Below, piece by piece: positions 29,603 through 38,278 of a DNA stretch of 64,000 nucleotides; positions within the stretch are counted from its first letter, which is position 1, and the number at the start of each line of letters is the position of its first letter. Location: NCBI GenBank assembly GCA_030753015.1, contig JASMDC010000010.1:32099-96098 (forward strand), written 5' to 3'. The stretch is from Candidatus Undinarchaeales archaeon (GTDB lineage: Archaea; SpSt-1190; JASMDC01). Position numbers and translations under genes: made by a program. Below the pieces are notes generated by a model. The model saw only the letters and a program-made list of their open reading frames with translations. It made no database searches and was not told where the DNA came from.

Positions 29603-31531
29603 TCAAGAATCGGTTGGGGCCAGAGCCATCTGGCCTGCCAATAGCGGTCGATTGAGATGTGAAATAATTATGTGTGATTCAACATCCTTGAGCACCCTTC
29701 TACAGACTTCCTTGAACGTCTCGAACTCACCCTCCCCCCTAGCCCTCGTGACGTCGTATCTGCACCGTGCATCCTTGAACTCTGCTGTCAGCCTGTCCAC
29801 TTCGTCCTTCGGGATGGTACCGAGCTCCTCGGGCATGCGATCGATCGAGCCGAACATAGTCTTCACGTACTCGTCGGAGTGGAGGTTCTGGACGAGGCAC
29901 AGGAGCACCCCGTATCTGTTCAACTCGTAACCGGTGTCCTTCCTTCCCGTCCGCTTCCTGATGCCGGTCTTGACCCGTCCGAACCTGGTATCGAGAAGGC
30001 TTACAGCCCGCGGCACGGCAATGTTCTTCGTCTTCCCGTCCACGTTCACGGTGATGTTCGGCACCACGAGACCTTTCCAGTGCTTCTTGATGTGATAAAG
30101 AACGACCTCTTCCTCGGGAGTGATGGTACGCTCCTTCCTGACTTTCTCGAGCCTGTCCCTGAGCGCCGCCAGCTCACGTTCCATCACCGTCGCCTCCTCG
30201 TCCGACACGAGGAGCTGGTCCCGGGGTATGTCGCCCTTGTCCTCGCTCATCCTGAGGACCCCTCTCAGCTCAGAGAAGAGCTCGTAGGCGTCCGCAAGCC
30301 GTCGTCCTAGTGTGTCAGCCGACCTGCTCTCCCTGCTGTTGAATGGGCGCTCGACGATCCTGCGCACCGTCTCGATGTCCCCCGTGTCGAGTCCTGCCCG
30401 CTCCGCCGTCCGTGCGATCATCGATGCGGCCCCCTGCGCCTGCCGGCATCTTCGGTAGAGGTCCGCCCAGGGAATGCTGTAGGGGAACCGGAGCCCGTGC
30501 GCGTCCTCACGGTAGTTGAGGATCCACGACACGAGGTGATAGGTCTCTGCCAGGACGACCGTCCCGTCGTCCTCCACAGGCGCACCCCCCTTGAGGGCGC
30601 ACATGGTGGCCCTCAGGTCGACGTCCCGCTCCGCGGCCTCGGCGCCGATCTCCTTGCGCCGCCTGTCGAGGTCGGGTCTGATCCTGAGGTCGATCATGGC
30701 CTTTCTGAGCTTCATGTAGGTGTCCTCCATCACATCCTCGCCGACATCACGGAGGAAGTGATAGTTGCACTCCCGGGTCGGAAGATCCGGGAACACGCGT
30801 TCGCCCGCCTTGCGCAGTCCGAGCCCCATGTCCCTGACGAAGGCGAGCGGCGTGCCCGCCCGCTCCTTGATGTCCTCGAAGTACGGACCGATGTGCTTAC
30901 TGCTCTCCGACGGTATCGGGCCGCAGGAGAGCGCCCAGCCCGTGAGGAGGTCCATCAGCAGTAGGATGCGGTCACTGCCACCGTCGCCCGTCCCGTCCGC
31001 GCCAAGCACGTAGCCACCGTTCTTGTCCATGGCCTCCACCAGCCGGCCGAAGTGCCGGCGGTGGTACAGCTCGAACCTGGCGAGGAACTCGAGTGCGTGG
31101 TTGCTGACGGTGCCCGCCGACAACGGCACCCCATGCCGCCACCGCATCTCACCACAGGTGTCCTCCCGCGACCGATTCTCCAAATATCGCATCATACCGA
31201 CGGCGCACACCACGTCCATCGTGAACCGCGCCTTGCCGCGCGTCAGGCGACGGAGTTCGCAGGAGGTGTACTCCAGCACATGCCCGCGCTCCAGCTTGTA
31301 CTTCGGGTCGTAAAGATGGACGATCCGGGCGACGAAGCTCCCGTACCGGACCGTGTGCATCGTGCGCGTCGTGGTCTTGAGCACGCAAAGCTCCCAGAAG
31401 CGGTCGTCATCGACGAGCTCGGGCTCAGGGTAGAAGTCGATGACGGGAGGCTCGTCGCCCAGCAGCTGCGCCCGGTCGATCAGCTCGGATTCGGCAGCAC
31501 GGACCTCGGCTAGGACCCGGAGCGAAAGCCC
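29603..31531 (-). CDS. DDE transposase catalytic ORF (orfB), probably expressed by -1 frameshift from orfA
   Basis: VLGADGT, FVRDMG and CNYHFLRD (CxxH) motifs. The frame is open back to the A8G run at 31531-31539; the stop lies inside the TIR. Confidence 0.85.
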   Translation of the reverse strand, partial: GLSLRVLAEVRAAESELIDRAQLLGDEPPVIDFYPEPELVDDDRFWELCVLKTTTRTMHTVRYGSFVARIVHLYDPKYKLERGHVLEYTSCELRRLTRGKARFTMDVVCAVGMMRYLENRSREDTCGEMRWRHGVPLSAGTVSNHALEFLARFELYHRRHFGRLVEAMDKNGGYVLGADGTGDGGSDRILLLMDLLTGWALSCGPIPSESSKHIGPYFEDIKERAGTPLAFVRDMGLGLRKAGERVFPDLPTRECNYHFLRDVGEDVMEDTYMKLRKAMIDLRIRPDLDRRRKEIGAEAAERDVDLRATMCALKGGAPVEDDGTVVLAETYHLVSWILNYREDAHGLRFPYSIPWADLYRRCRQAQGAASMIARTAERAGLDTGDIETVRRIVERPFNSRESRSADTLGRRLADAYELFSELRGVLRMSEDKGDIPRDQLLVSDEEATVMERELAALRDRLEKVRKERTITPEEEVVLYHIKKHWKGLVVPNITVNVDGKTKNIAVPRAVSLLDTRFGRVKTGIRKRTGRKDTGYELNRYGVLLCLVQNLHSDEYVKTMFGSIDRMPEELGTIPKDEVDRLTAEFKDARCRYDVTRARGEGEFETFKEVCRRVLKDVESHIIISHLNRPLLAGQMALAPTDS

Positions 31532-32178
31532 TTTTTTTTGATATCGTACTCATGGATGATCCAGCGAACTCCACGCTCGTTCACATTCATTCCCTTGGAA
31601 CGCACGAGGGGCATGAGCTCCTCCACCGAGGTCGCCCGGTGCTTGATAGCGAGCGCAAGCACATCGATGATCTTCCCCTTCGTCAGGCCCGGCGGACGGC
31701 CAACCCGCGTCCTGAGTTCGGAGCCGCGTCTCTTCATCTGCACACGCCGTTTCCGGCTATTCATGCTGTAGTAGACGGCCGACTTACGGGCGCCCTCGCG
31801 ATAGAGCCGCCCTTTTCCCACACACGAGGACAGGTGGTGATGGATGTTGTCGTGGAGGCGCTGTTTGAGCTCCTTCGCTGTGACTCCTGCGTCGCTGTTC
31901 TCGATGAAGTGGACGATGGTCTCGGAGAGGTTGCCCCAGCGGGAAAAGCGAACTCCCTGGTACTCCCAGAGGTCATGCTCGTCCCATTCAGGGATGTCCG
32001 GCAGCGTGAGCACGCTGCCGTTCCGGTTGAAGCTCGTCAGATAACCTGTGCCCTCGAGCTTCCTCCAGATCGTGCCTTTCGAGCAGTCGAAATGCTCAGC
32101 CAGCTGTGACGCCAGGAGCACCTTGTGATCCCGTAAAAAGGCGATGACATCGTCAGCGGAGATCCGCTCTTTAATCAT
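31510..32178 (-). CDS. IS orfA, multi-HTH DNA-binding protein
   Basis: N-terminal HTH (ASQLAEHFDCSKGTIWRKL), basic composition, ends IKKKG at the slippery site. Confidence 0.8.
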   Translation of the reverse strand: MIKERISADDVIAFLRDHKVLLASQLAEHFDCSKGTIWRKLEGTGYLTSFNRNGSVLTLPDIPEWDEHDLWEYQGVRFSRWGNLSETIVHFIENSDAGVTAKELKQRLHDNIHHHLSSCVGKGRLYREGARKSAVYYSMNSRKRRVQMKRRGSELRTRVGRPPGLTKGKIIDVLALAIKHRATSVEELMPLVRSKGMNVNERGVRWIIHEYDIKKKGFRSGS

Positions 32179-32184
32179 ACTTTT

Positions 32185-32229
32185 AAGTAAGCATATATCC
32201 TTAAATATATTTTCTTTTTATGCTTACTT
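32185..32229. promoter_or_regulatory. Putative orfA operator: 11-bp inverted repeat around an AT-rich promoter
   Basis: AAGTAAGCATA (32185-32195) and TATGCTTACTT (32219-32229), starting 6 nt upstream of the orfA ATG. Confidence 0.6.
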
Positions 32230-32387
32230 TTATGTATCTAGTGCGGCATTTGCCAACAACGTATCAATCTCAGAATTAGTCCGATTACTTCACTACCGTC
32301 AACCGATTCTTGACGCTATGGATAATACGTTTCCAAACTGATTACTATATCATTATAAATCAATCAACACCCTGGACGCCCGAAATG

Positions 32388-32415
32388 ACGCCGTATAATA
32401 TGCATTATTGCGGCG
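32388..32415. other. dif-like 11-6-11 dyad
   Basis: ACGCCGTATAA-TATGCA-TTATTGCGGCG has the ATAA-N6-TTAT core of Xer-type sites. Confidence 0.4.
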
Positions 32416-32556
32416 TGGGCCGATCGGGGTAATTCGGACTCACAAATGGAGGTCATCTGGGGCTATAGGGGCGATAACTTATGTGTGCCTCTTACATTTA
32501 TTTGGAGGAAAAAGCGACGTCGCATAACCCCCTGTTATCAGAAGGCGGCTCGTCGT

Positions 32557-32808
32557 TTATTTATAGACCTTCTCTCGATGTCTGATCTTGAGTATGAGTA
32601 CTCCGTCATTGGTCTTCGTGTAGATCACACGATACTTGCCGACGACAAACTTGAACAAGCCTTTGAATTGGCCATGAAGGGGCTTGCCGCTGTTGGGGTC
32701 TTCGCTCAACGCTTTCTCAAGTGAATCAAGGACTCTCTTGGCAGCTTTCTTATCGATGTGTTTCAGGTCCTTGAAGACCGATGCCTTATACTCGATCTTA
32801 GAGGCCAA
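32557..32808 (-). CDS. RelE/ParE-family toxin
   Basis: 83 aa, basic; GKPLHGQFKGLFKFVVGKYRVIY...IRHREKVYK. Confidence 0.9.
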   Translation of the reverse strand: MASKIEYKASVFKDLKHIDKKAAKRVLDSLEKALSEDPNSGKPLHGQFKGLFKFVVGKYRVIYTKTNDGVLILKIRHREKVYK

Positions 32809-33016
32809 GCCTTTCCCTCATCTCATCACTTGAAATGATCTCATCATCCTTGTCGCGAAGCCTATCGAGAGCGATAAGATAATCGACATATTCCTGGAGA
32901 TAGGATTCGATAGCCTTGCGTATGATAAAGGTCTTCGAGCGCTCGAGGGAGGAGGCCATGCTATCTAATTCCTCGACGATTTCATCAGGAAGTCGTATTG
33001 AAACCGTTGTGGTCAT
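32798..33016 (-). CDS. Ribbon-helix-helix antitoxin (RelB/CopG-like)
   Basis: TVSIRLPDEIVEELDSMASSLERSKTFIIRKAIESYL with acidic C-terminus; overlaps the toxin start. Confidence 0.9.
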   Translation of the reverse strand: MTTTVSIRLPDEIVEELDSMASSLERSKTFIIRKAIESYLQEYVDYLIALDRLRDKDDEIISSDEMRERLGL

Positions 33017-33027
33017 GACACTCACTA

Positions 33028-33048
33028 TGTATTACAATGCATTACAAG
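33028..33048. promoter_or_regulatory. Putative TA operator
   Basis: TGTATTACA near-palindrome with a tandem ATTACAA repeat directly upstream of the antitoxin. Confidence 0.5.
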
Positions 33049-33304
33049 TATATCAATGTATCGCAATTAATCCTCATCACGCCAGTATACCGCTTTCTGA
33101 TAACTAATGCATATGCGAACCCCGGGTGCGCATAATCTCCTGCTGGGGGAGGGTATATGACATATGGCGCATATCCCTCACTCTATCTGCATTCTTCTTT
33201 CGGTAGTTATGTTCGCAGATGGATCTTTGATATCGCCCCTAAAGCCTCAGGATGGGCGAAATGGAGGTCATGGAATGAATCGGGTCACGAATGATCGTGA
33301 GGAC

Positions 33305-35323
33305 CTAGCGTTTATTGCGCTCTTGGCGCATATCCCGAAGTTCCTTGTGGAGCATGTCGATGGCCTCGCGCAGGTCGCCGATCTCTGACTTGAGCTCCTT
33401 CTCCTCGGCCGAGATCAACCGCACCTCGCGGTTGAGCTCCCGTTCTCCCTTGATGAGCTCTGCGGCCTCATGCTCCAGGATGACCTCTTCCTCGGCGATG
33501 CGCTCGACATCGTGCTTGAGCGATTGCTCGACGACAAGAAGGTTCTTGAGCTCGTTCACCGTCTCTTTCAACTCGGTTATCTCCTCGTGGAGCATGTTCT
33601 CCTCGTCCTTGAGGAAGATGACCTCCTTCTCCAGTATCTTCTCTTCCTGGACGTACTGCTCCTCGATCTTCTCGAATATCAGCTCGAGCTCCATGAAACG
33701 CTCCTTGATGCGCTTGAACTCCGTCAGTTCGAGCTCGTAGACGAAGTAGAACAGCAGGAGCACAAGGGGGATGATGGCCGCGACCTCGACGATACCCACG
33801 ATGACCTGGAGCCCCATGTTCGAATCACTGGACGCGAACATGAACCCGATGGCGAGGCCGATGCCCAATATAGCTCCCACGCCGAGCACCAGAAAGAGCC
33901 AGAACGAGGTGCTACCGTCTCCGAAACCACCGCTCTTTTCCTCTTTAGGCGGCTCCTTTGGCGTATCTCTCTTTGTCACAGTTGCCGGTGCTGCAGCACC
34001 TTCGTCTCGCATGTCTTCTTCCATGGTCTCACCACTGATATAAAGATACCCTCGCCGGCCTGCAAAGAGGGCGACGCCCGAAAGGATTACGCCCGCAGCC
34101 ATCACCAGCTCGGGGACGTGCACCAGGGTCAGCGCACCCAGGGAAAGGGCAGCGCACACGATCGACACCACTATCGGGATGGCCGGACGGTAGCCCGGAA
34201 CGCGTCCGAACCGTCGGACTATGACGGGGTGGGCCGCGGTCACCGATAGGTAGAGGATGAGCGCCAGAGGGACAAGGAGGTGGAGCAACGCCTCGTACTT
34301 GCCCCAGGCAAGGAACACCGAGGAGATGATGAACTGGAGGTAGATGGCAGCGTAGGGGACGTCCGCATCGTTCAGCTCGGCGAGCAGGGAGGGGAAGTGG
34401 CCCCGCCGCGCCATGGAGTACGGAAGGCGCGAGGATGATAGCACCCATGAGTTGGCCGTGCCCACCATGATGAGGAAGGCGGCGAGGGCCATGAAGTTTG
34501 ATCCAAGGCTGCCTATGGTGGGTCCGAGGATCTCTTTAGCCATGAGCGAGAGGGGAGCGTGACTTTCACCGAGCTCAGCTGAGGGGACCACTCCGAGAGC
34601 GGTGAAGGACACAAGAAAATACACGATGGTGACGCCCACGGTGGTGATGATGATCGCTTTTGGCATCATCGTCGGATCTGCCGCCTCCTCGCCCAGGAAG
34701 GTGACCGCTTCCCACCCGATGAACGGCTCGATGATGATGAGGATGGTGGCGATGATCGTGGCAGAGGTGAGGTCGGGGATTGCCACGAGGTTGGTGACCT
34801 CAACTTGACTGGCCCCGACAGCCGCGAGCCCCGCGAGCACAAGGAGCGCGAATCCGGACAGGAAGCTCTGGAGCAATGCTCCCGAGCGGACACCTGCAGT
34901 GTTCACCTTCACGAGCACGGCCAGCAGCACGATATTGAACACCACCTTGGACAGATCGTTGAAGGGGAGCACGAAGCTCAGGTACTCCGTTGCCGCCGAC
35001 ACGAGCATGGAGATCGTGATCCAGGAGATGATGCACGAGAGCCAGGCGACCACGAATCCGGGAAGGTTCCCAAAGGCGTTGCGCACGTATGTATAGGGGC
35101 CTCCCGCGTCCTGGAAGAACGCCGCCAGTTCGGCGATGACGAGGGACATGATGATGGCTCCACCACCGACGAGAACCCAGATGAAGAGCGAGGCGGGTCC
35201 CGCTGAACGAGCAGCGATGCCCGGGATCATAAAGATACCCGAGCCGATGATGGCCCCCATGCCGAGGAACACGAGATCGAGGAGCGATAGTTCCCGCTTC
35301 AGCTCGCCCCCTTCCGTGCTCAC
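33305..35323 (-). CDS. APC-family amino-acid permease fused in frame to a 2-TM plus coiled-coil domain
   Basis: LKRELSL, GAIIGSGIF, AELAA, GGPYTYV, GWEAVT...EE motifs; the frame continues ~240 aa into an acidic coiled coil. Confidence 0.85.
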   Translation of the reverse strand: MSTEGGELKRELSLLDLVFLGMGAIIGSGIFMIPGIAARSAGPASLFIWVLVGGGAIIMSLVIAELAAFFQDAGGPYTYVRNAFGNLPGFVVAWLSCIISWITISMLVSAATEYLSFVLPFNDLSKVVFNIVLLAVLVKVNTAGVRSGALLQSFLSGFALLVLAGLAAVGASQVEVTNLVAIPDLTSATIIATILIIIEPFIGWEAVTFLGEEAADPTMMPKAIIITTVGVTIVYFLVSFTALGVVPSAELGESHAPLSLMAKEILGPTIGSLGSNFMALAAFLIMVGTANSWVLSSSRLPYSMARRGHFPSLLAELNDADVPYAAIYLQFIISSVFLAWGKYEALLHLLVPLALILYLSVTAAHPVIVRRFGRVPGYRPAIPIVVSIVCAALSLGALTLVHVPELVMAAGVILSGVALFAGRRGYLYISGETMEEDMRDEGAAAPATVTKRDTPKEPPKEEKSGGFGDGSTSFWLFLVLGVGAILGIGLAIGFMFASSDSNMGLQVIVGIVEVAAIIPLVLLLFYFVYELELTEFKRIKERFMELELIFEKIEEQYVQEEKILEKEVIFLKDEENMLHEEITELKETVNELKNLLVVEQSLKHDVERIAEEEVILEHEAAELIKGERELNREVRLISAEEKELKSEIGDLREAIDMLHKELRDMRQERNKR

Positions 35324-35360
35324 GAGGTTAGAGCAGGAGCGAAAAGAATAAAACGGTTTT

Positions 35361-35687
35361 TCACTCGGCGCGGCTGATCCTCTTCTTGGTCTTCCTCTCG
35401 ACCCGTTCGTTCTTGCGTGCCAGGCGCTCCAGATCGGGATTGACGCCGTGGAAATAGTACTTGAGCACGAGGAACGCCAGGATGAGGAAGGGCGAGAGCA
35501 CGGCGAGCACGATGGTGGCATACTCGCACTGTGGGCCCGGATCACGCCATGAGCAGTAGAGGGAGCCCGCGGTCCCGGTGAACACGATGGGGAGGAAGAG
35601 ATAGAGGAGGAAAAGCCATATGATGACGATATCGGTCGCTAGGAGCACGACCTCCCGTGGGATCCCCGAGCCCTGGTCCACGAGCAT
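35361..35687 (-). CDS. Small 2-TM membrane protein
   Basis: Two hydrophobic helices with a Cys pair in the loop and a basic tail. Confidence 0.65.
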   Translation of the reverse strand: MLVDQGSGIPREVVLLATDIVIIWLFLLYLFLPIVFTGTAGSLYCSWRDPGPQCEYATIVLAVLSPFLILAFLVLKYYFHGVNPDLERLARKNERVERKTKKRISRAE

Positions 35688-35822
35688 GGGTGATGCGGCG
35701 CATCCATAAAAAGGCTTCGCCCCCCGACCGTGCGAAAGTGACTCACAGATTCAAAATGTATATATACAGCCTTACCCGCTGGACCCCGGCATCGGGTATG
35801 AAGCCCGAACGGGGTGTGCGAG

Positions 35823-37007
35823 ATGGATATACGGGACGGGAACCTTGGAGCGTATCACACGTACGAGGAGGCGATGGAGGAGATCGAGCGGGTCGCCGCC
35901 GAGAATCCTGACATCGCCAGGGTGGAGACCATCGGTTATTCCACCTACGGCAGACCGATAAAGGCCATCAAGATATCCAAGGACGTGGACGTGGAGGATC
36001 CGGACAAGCCCGAAGTGCTCTACATGGGCCAGACCCACGCTCGTGAGGTCATCTCGGCCGAGGCCAGCCTCGGTGTAGTCGACCGACTCATCGACGGATA
36101 CGGGACCGACGACTACGTCACCGGTCTCGTTGACTCCCGCCAGATCTGGGTCGTGCCCGTGGTCAATCCGGACGGTTCCATGAAGGTCGCAGAGGACGTC
36201 ACCGCGAGGGGCGACTCGTCCTGGCGCGGTAATTGTCGTGACAACAACGGCAACGGGAAGGTCGATGACGGCGACGGTGTCGACCTCAACCGCAACTGGG
36301 CTCGCAACTGGGGCGGCCAGGGTTCCAGCGGGACACCCGGCAGCCAGACCTACCGCGGCCCGGCACCATTCAGCGAGCCCGAGACGGCCGCCATCAAGAA
36401 GCTTGCCGAGGAGCACGACTTCGTCACCTCGGTCTCGTTCCACTCATACTCGGGGCTCATCCTCTATCCACTTGGGTACACGACGACCCCGGCCAAGGAC
36501 GAGGACCTCCTGAGATCGATCGCCGAGAACATGCGCGACCATCAGCCTTACGAGAAATACATAGCCGAGAAGTCCTCGGACCTCTACGTGGCGTCCGGCG
36601 ACTCGGACGACTGGCTCTACGAGGACATGGGCGTGCTCGCATTCACCTTCGAGGTCTACAAGGGGGGTAACAGCTGGTGGAACACATTCAAGCAGTTCAA
36701 TCCACCCGAGGACCGCATCCAGTACCACGTGGACAACGTCGTCCCCGCGGCCCTCTACGCGGCAGAGATCGCTGACGATCCGTCCCAGGCGCTCATCGAG
36801 CGGGAAGAGCGGGACGCCCAGGGGCCGCCCGCGCCCGAGGGTCCCCGCGATCCGGCCGACTACTGGCCTGAGGACGACAACCCATACTTCGGCGGCTTAC
36901 CGGGCGACTTCATGCTCAATGAGCTCACCCCCGGGTACCGCGGGACCGACGAGGACCCGGCCGAGGCCTACCGCCGCGCCGAGTGCGAGCCCGACTGCGA
37001 AGGATAG
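35823..37007 (+). CDS. M14 zinc carboxypeptidase (carboxypeptidase T-like)
   Basis: THAREV, VVNPDG, GVDLNRN, YRGPAPFSEPET, SFHSYS, FTFE motifs. Confidence 0.92.
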   Translation: MDIRDGNLGAYHTYEEAMEEIERVAAENPDIARVETIGYSTYGRPIKAIKISKDVDVEDPDKPEVLYMGQTHAREVISAEASLGVVDRLIDGYGTDDYVTGLVDSRQIWVVPVVNPDGSMKVAEDVTARGDSSWRGNCRDNNGNGKVDDGDGVDLNRNWARNWGGQGSSGTPGSQTYRGPAPFSEPETAAIKKLAEEHDFVTSVSFHSYSGLILYPLGYTTTPAKDEDLLRSIAENMRDHQPYEKYIAEKSSDLYVASGDSDDWLYEDMGVLAFTFEVYKGGNSWWNTFKQFNPPEDRIQYHVDNVVPAALYAAEIADDPSQALIEREERDAQGPPAPEGPRDPADYWPEDDNPYFGGLPGDFMLNELTPGYRGTDEDPAEAYRRAECEPDCEG

Positions 37008-37171
37008 TCGCTTCGAAGGACTAGAGGAGCCCACCTCGCAAGTCGTACCGCTGTCGATGGGCCCCTGCCCTACGTCCATCGACGTGCAAATGTATATAAA
37101 CCGGCTAAGGTGCTAGAATTCTCACCGGGACAGGGGTCGGTGGACCTCTCGACCGACAGGGGTACAGAGAG

Positions 37172-38260
37172 ATGGACATTCGGGACGGTAACCTTGGAGC
37201 GTATCATACGTATGAAGAGGCCATGGAGGAGATCGAGCGGGTAGCTGCAGAGCACCCGGACATCGCCAGGATCGAGACCATCGGTTATTCCACCTACGGT
37301 CGACCGATCAAGGCTATCAAGATCTCCAAGGACGTGGACGTAGAGGATCCTGACAAACCTGAAGTGCTGTACATGGGCCAGACCCACGCCCGCGAGGTCA
37401 TCTCGGCCGAGGTGAGCCTGGGTGTCATCGACCGTCTCGTCGACGGTTACGGGACCGACGACTACGTAACCGGTCTTGTGGACTCACGCCAGATCTGGGT
37501 GGTGCCCGTGGTCAACCCCGACGGCGCCGTGCAGGTAGCAAAAGAGGTCACCGAGACGGGCGACTCGTCCTGGCGCGGTAACTGCCGTGACAACAACGGC
37601 AGCGGCACGGTCGACTCCGGCGACGGCGTGGACCTCAATCGCAACTTCGGGCGAGGTTGGGGCGGTTCCGGCTCCAGCGGCAGCCCCGGCAGCCAGACCT
37701 ACCGCGGCCCAGCACCCTTCAGTGAGCCGGAGACGGCGGCCATCAAGGACCTTGTGGACAAGCATGACTTCGTCACCAGCGTGTCGTTCCACTCATACTC
37801 GGGACTCATCCTCTACCCCACCGCGTACACCAATGATCCGGCCGAGGACCACGACCTGCTGAAGTCCATCGCCGAGAACATGCGGGACCGCCAGCCCCAC
37901 GAGAAGTACGTGGCTCAGAAGTGCACTGACCTCTACGTGGCATCGGGCATCTCCGACGATTGGCTCTACGAGGACAAAGGCGTCATGGCCTTCACCTTCG
38001 AGATCTACAAGGGCGGCAGTGGTTGGTGGAACACCTTCAAGCGGTTCAATCCGCCCGAGGAGGATATCCAGTACCACGTGGACAACAACGTTGGTGCGGC
38101 CCTCTACGCGGCTGAGATCGCCGACGATCCGAGCCAGGCACTGACCGAGCGTGCCGAGCGCGACGCCAAGGGCGGACCCTTCGACCGCTCGGTGTCGACG
38201 TACGAGGACTTCGCCGAATATATCGGCCACGAGACGGAAGGGTACGACGTCCCTGCCTAG
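37172..38260 (+). CDS. M14 zinc carboxypeptidase (tandem paralog)
   Basis: Near-identical N-terminal half and the same catalytic motifs as the neighbour. Confidence 0.92.
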   Translation: MDIRDGNLGAYHTYEEAMEEIERVAAEHPDIARIETIGYSTYGRPIKAIKISKDVDVEDPDKPEVLYMGQTHAREVISAEVSLGVIDRLVDGYGTDDYVTGLVDSRQIWVVPVVNPDGAVQVAKEVTETGDSSWRGNCRDNNGSGTVDSGDGVDLNRNFGRGWGGSGSSGSPGSQTYRGPAPFSEPETAAIKDLVDKHDFVTSVSFHSYSGLILYPTAYTNDPAEDHDLLKSIAENMRDRQPHEKYVAQKCTDLYVASGISDDWLYEDKGVMAFTFEIYKGGSGWWNTFKRFNPPEEDIQYHVDNNVGAALYAAEIADDPSQALTERAERDAKGGPFDRSVSTYEDFAEYIGHETEGYDVPA

Positions 38261-38278
38261 GTCAACGTCTCAGGTGTA

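Larger units (their letters stand above)
29595..32321 (-). mobile_element. Complete 2727-bp insertion sequence (DDE type, family unassigned)
   Basis: Perfect 22-bp TIR CCATAGCGTCAAGAATCGGTTG at 29595-29616 and its reverse complement at 32300-32321; 8-bp TSD ATAATACG at 29587-29594 and 32322-32329. Confidence 0.93.
29232..33301. mobile_element. ~4-kb genomic island bounded by a 23-bp direct repeat
   Basis: ATCGGGTCACGAATGATCGTGAG at 29232-29254 and 33279-33301; the interior is AT-richer and carries an IS and a TA module. Confidence 0.85.

Noticed and set aside
32446-32724. Plus-strand ORFs in the AT-rich island (also 32144-32341, 32916-33107, 33164-33388)
   Set aside because: They are antisense to the TA genes or run through repeat sites, and have no recognisable protein features.
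33125-33135. Exact E. coli dif XerC arm GGTGCGCATAA
   Set aside because: No TTAT partner arm follows, so it is at most a half-site.
32444-33301. Casposon remnant
   Set aside because: No cas1 or polB is present, the 13-bp repeat is not flush with the right inverted repeat, and there are no TIRs inside the 23-bp repeats.
35324-35545. N-terminal extension of the APC permease in the ORF track
   Set aside because: It overlaps the upstream small membrane gene in another frame; permease similarity begins at the GTG at 35323.
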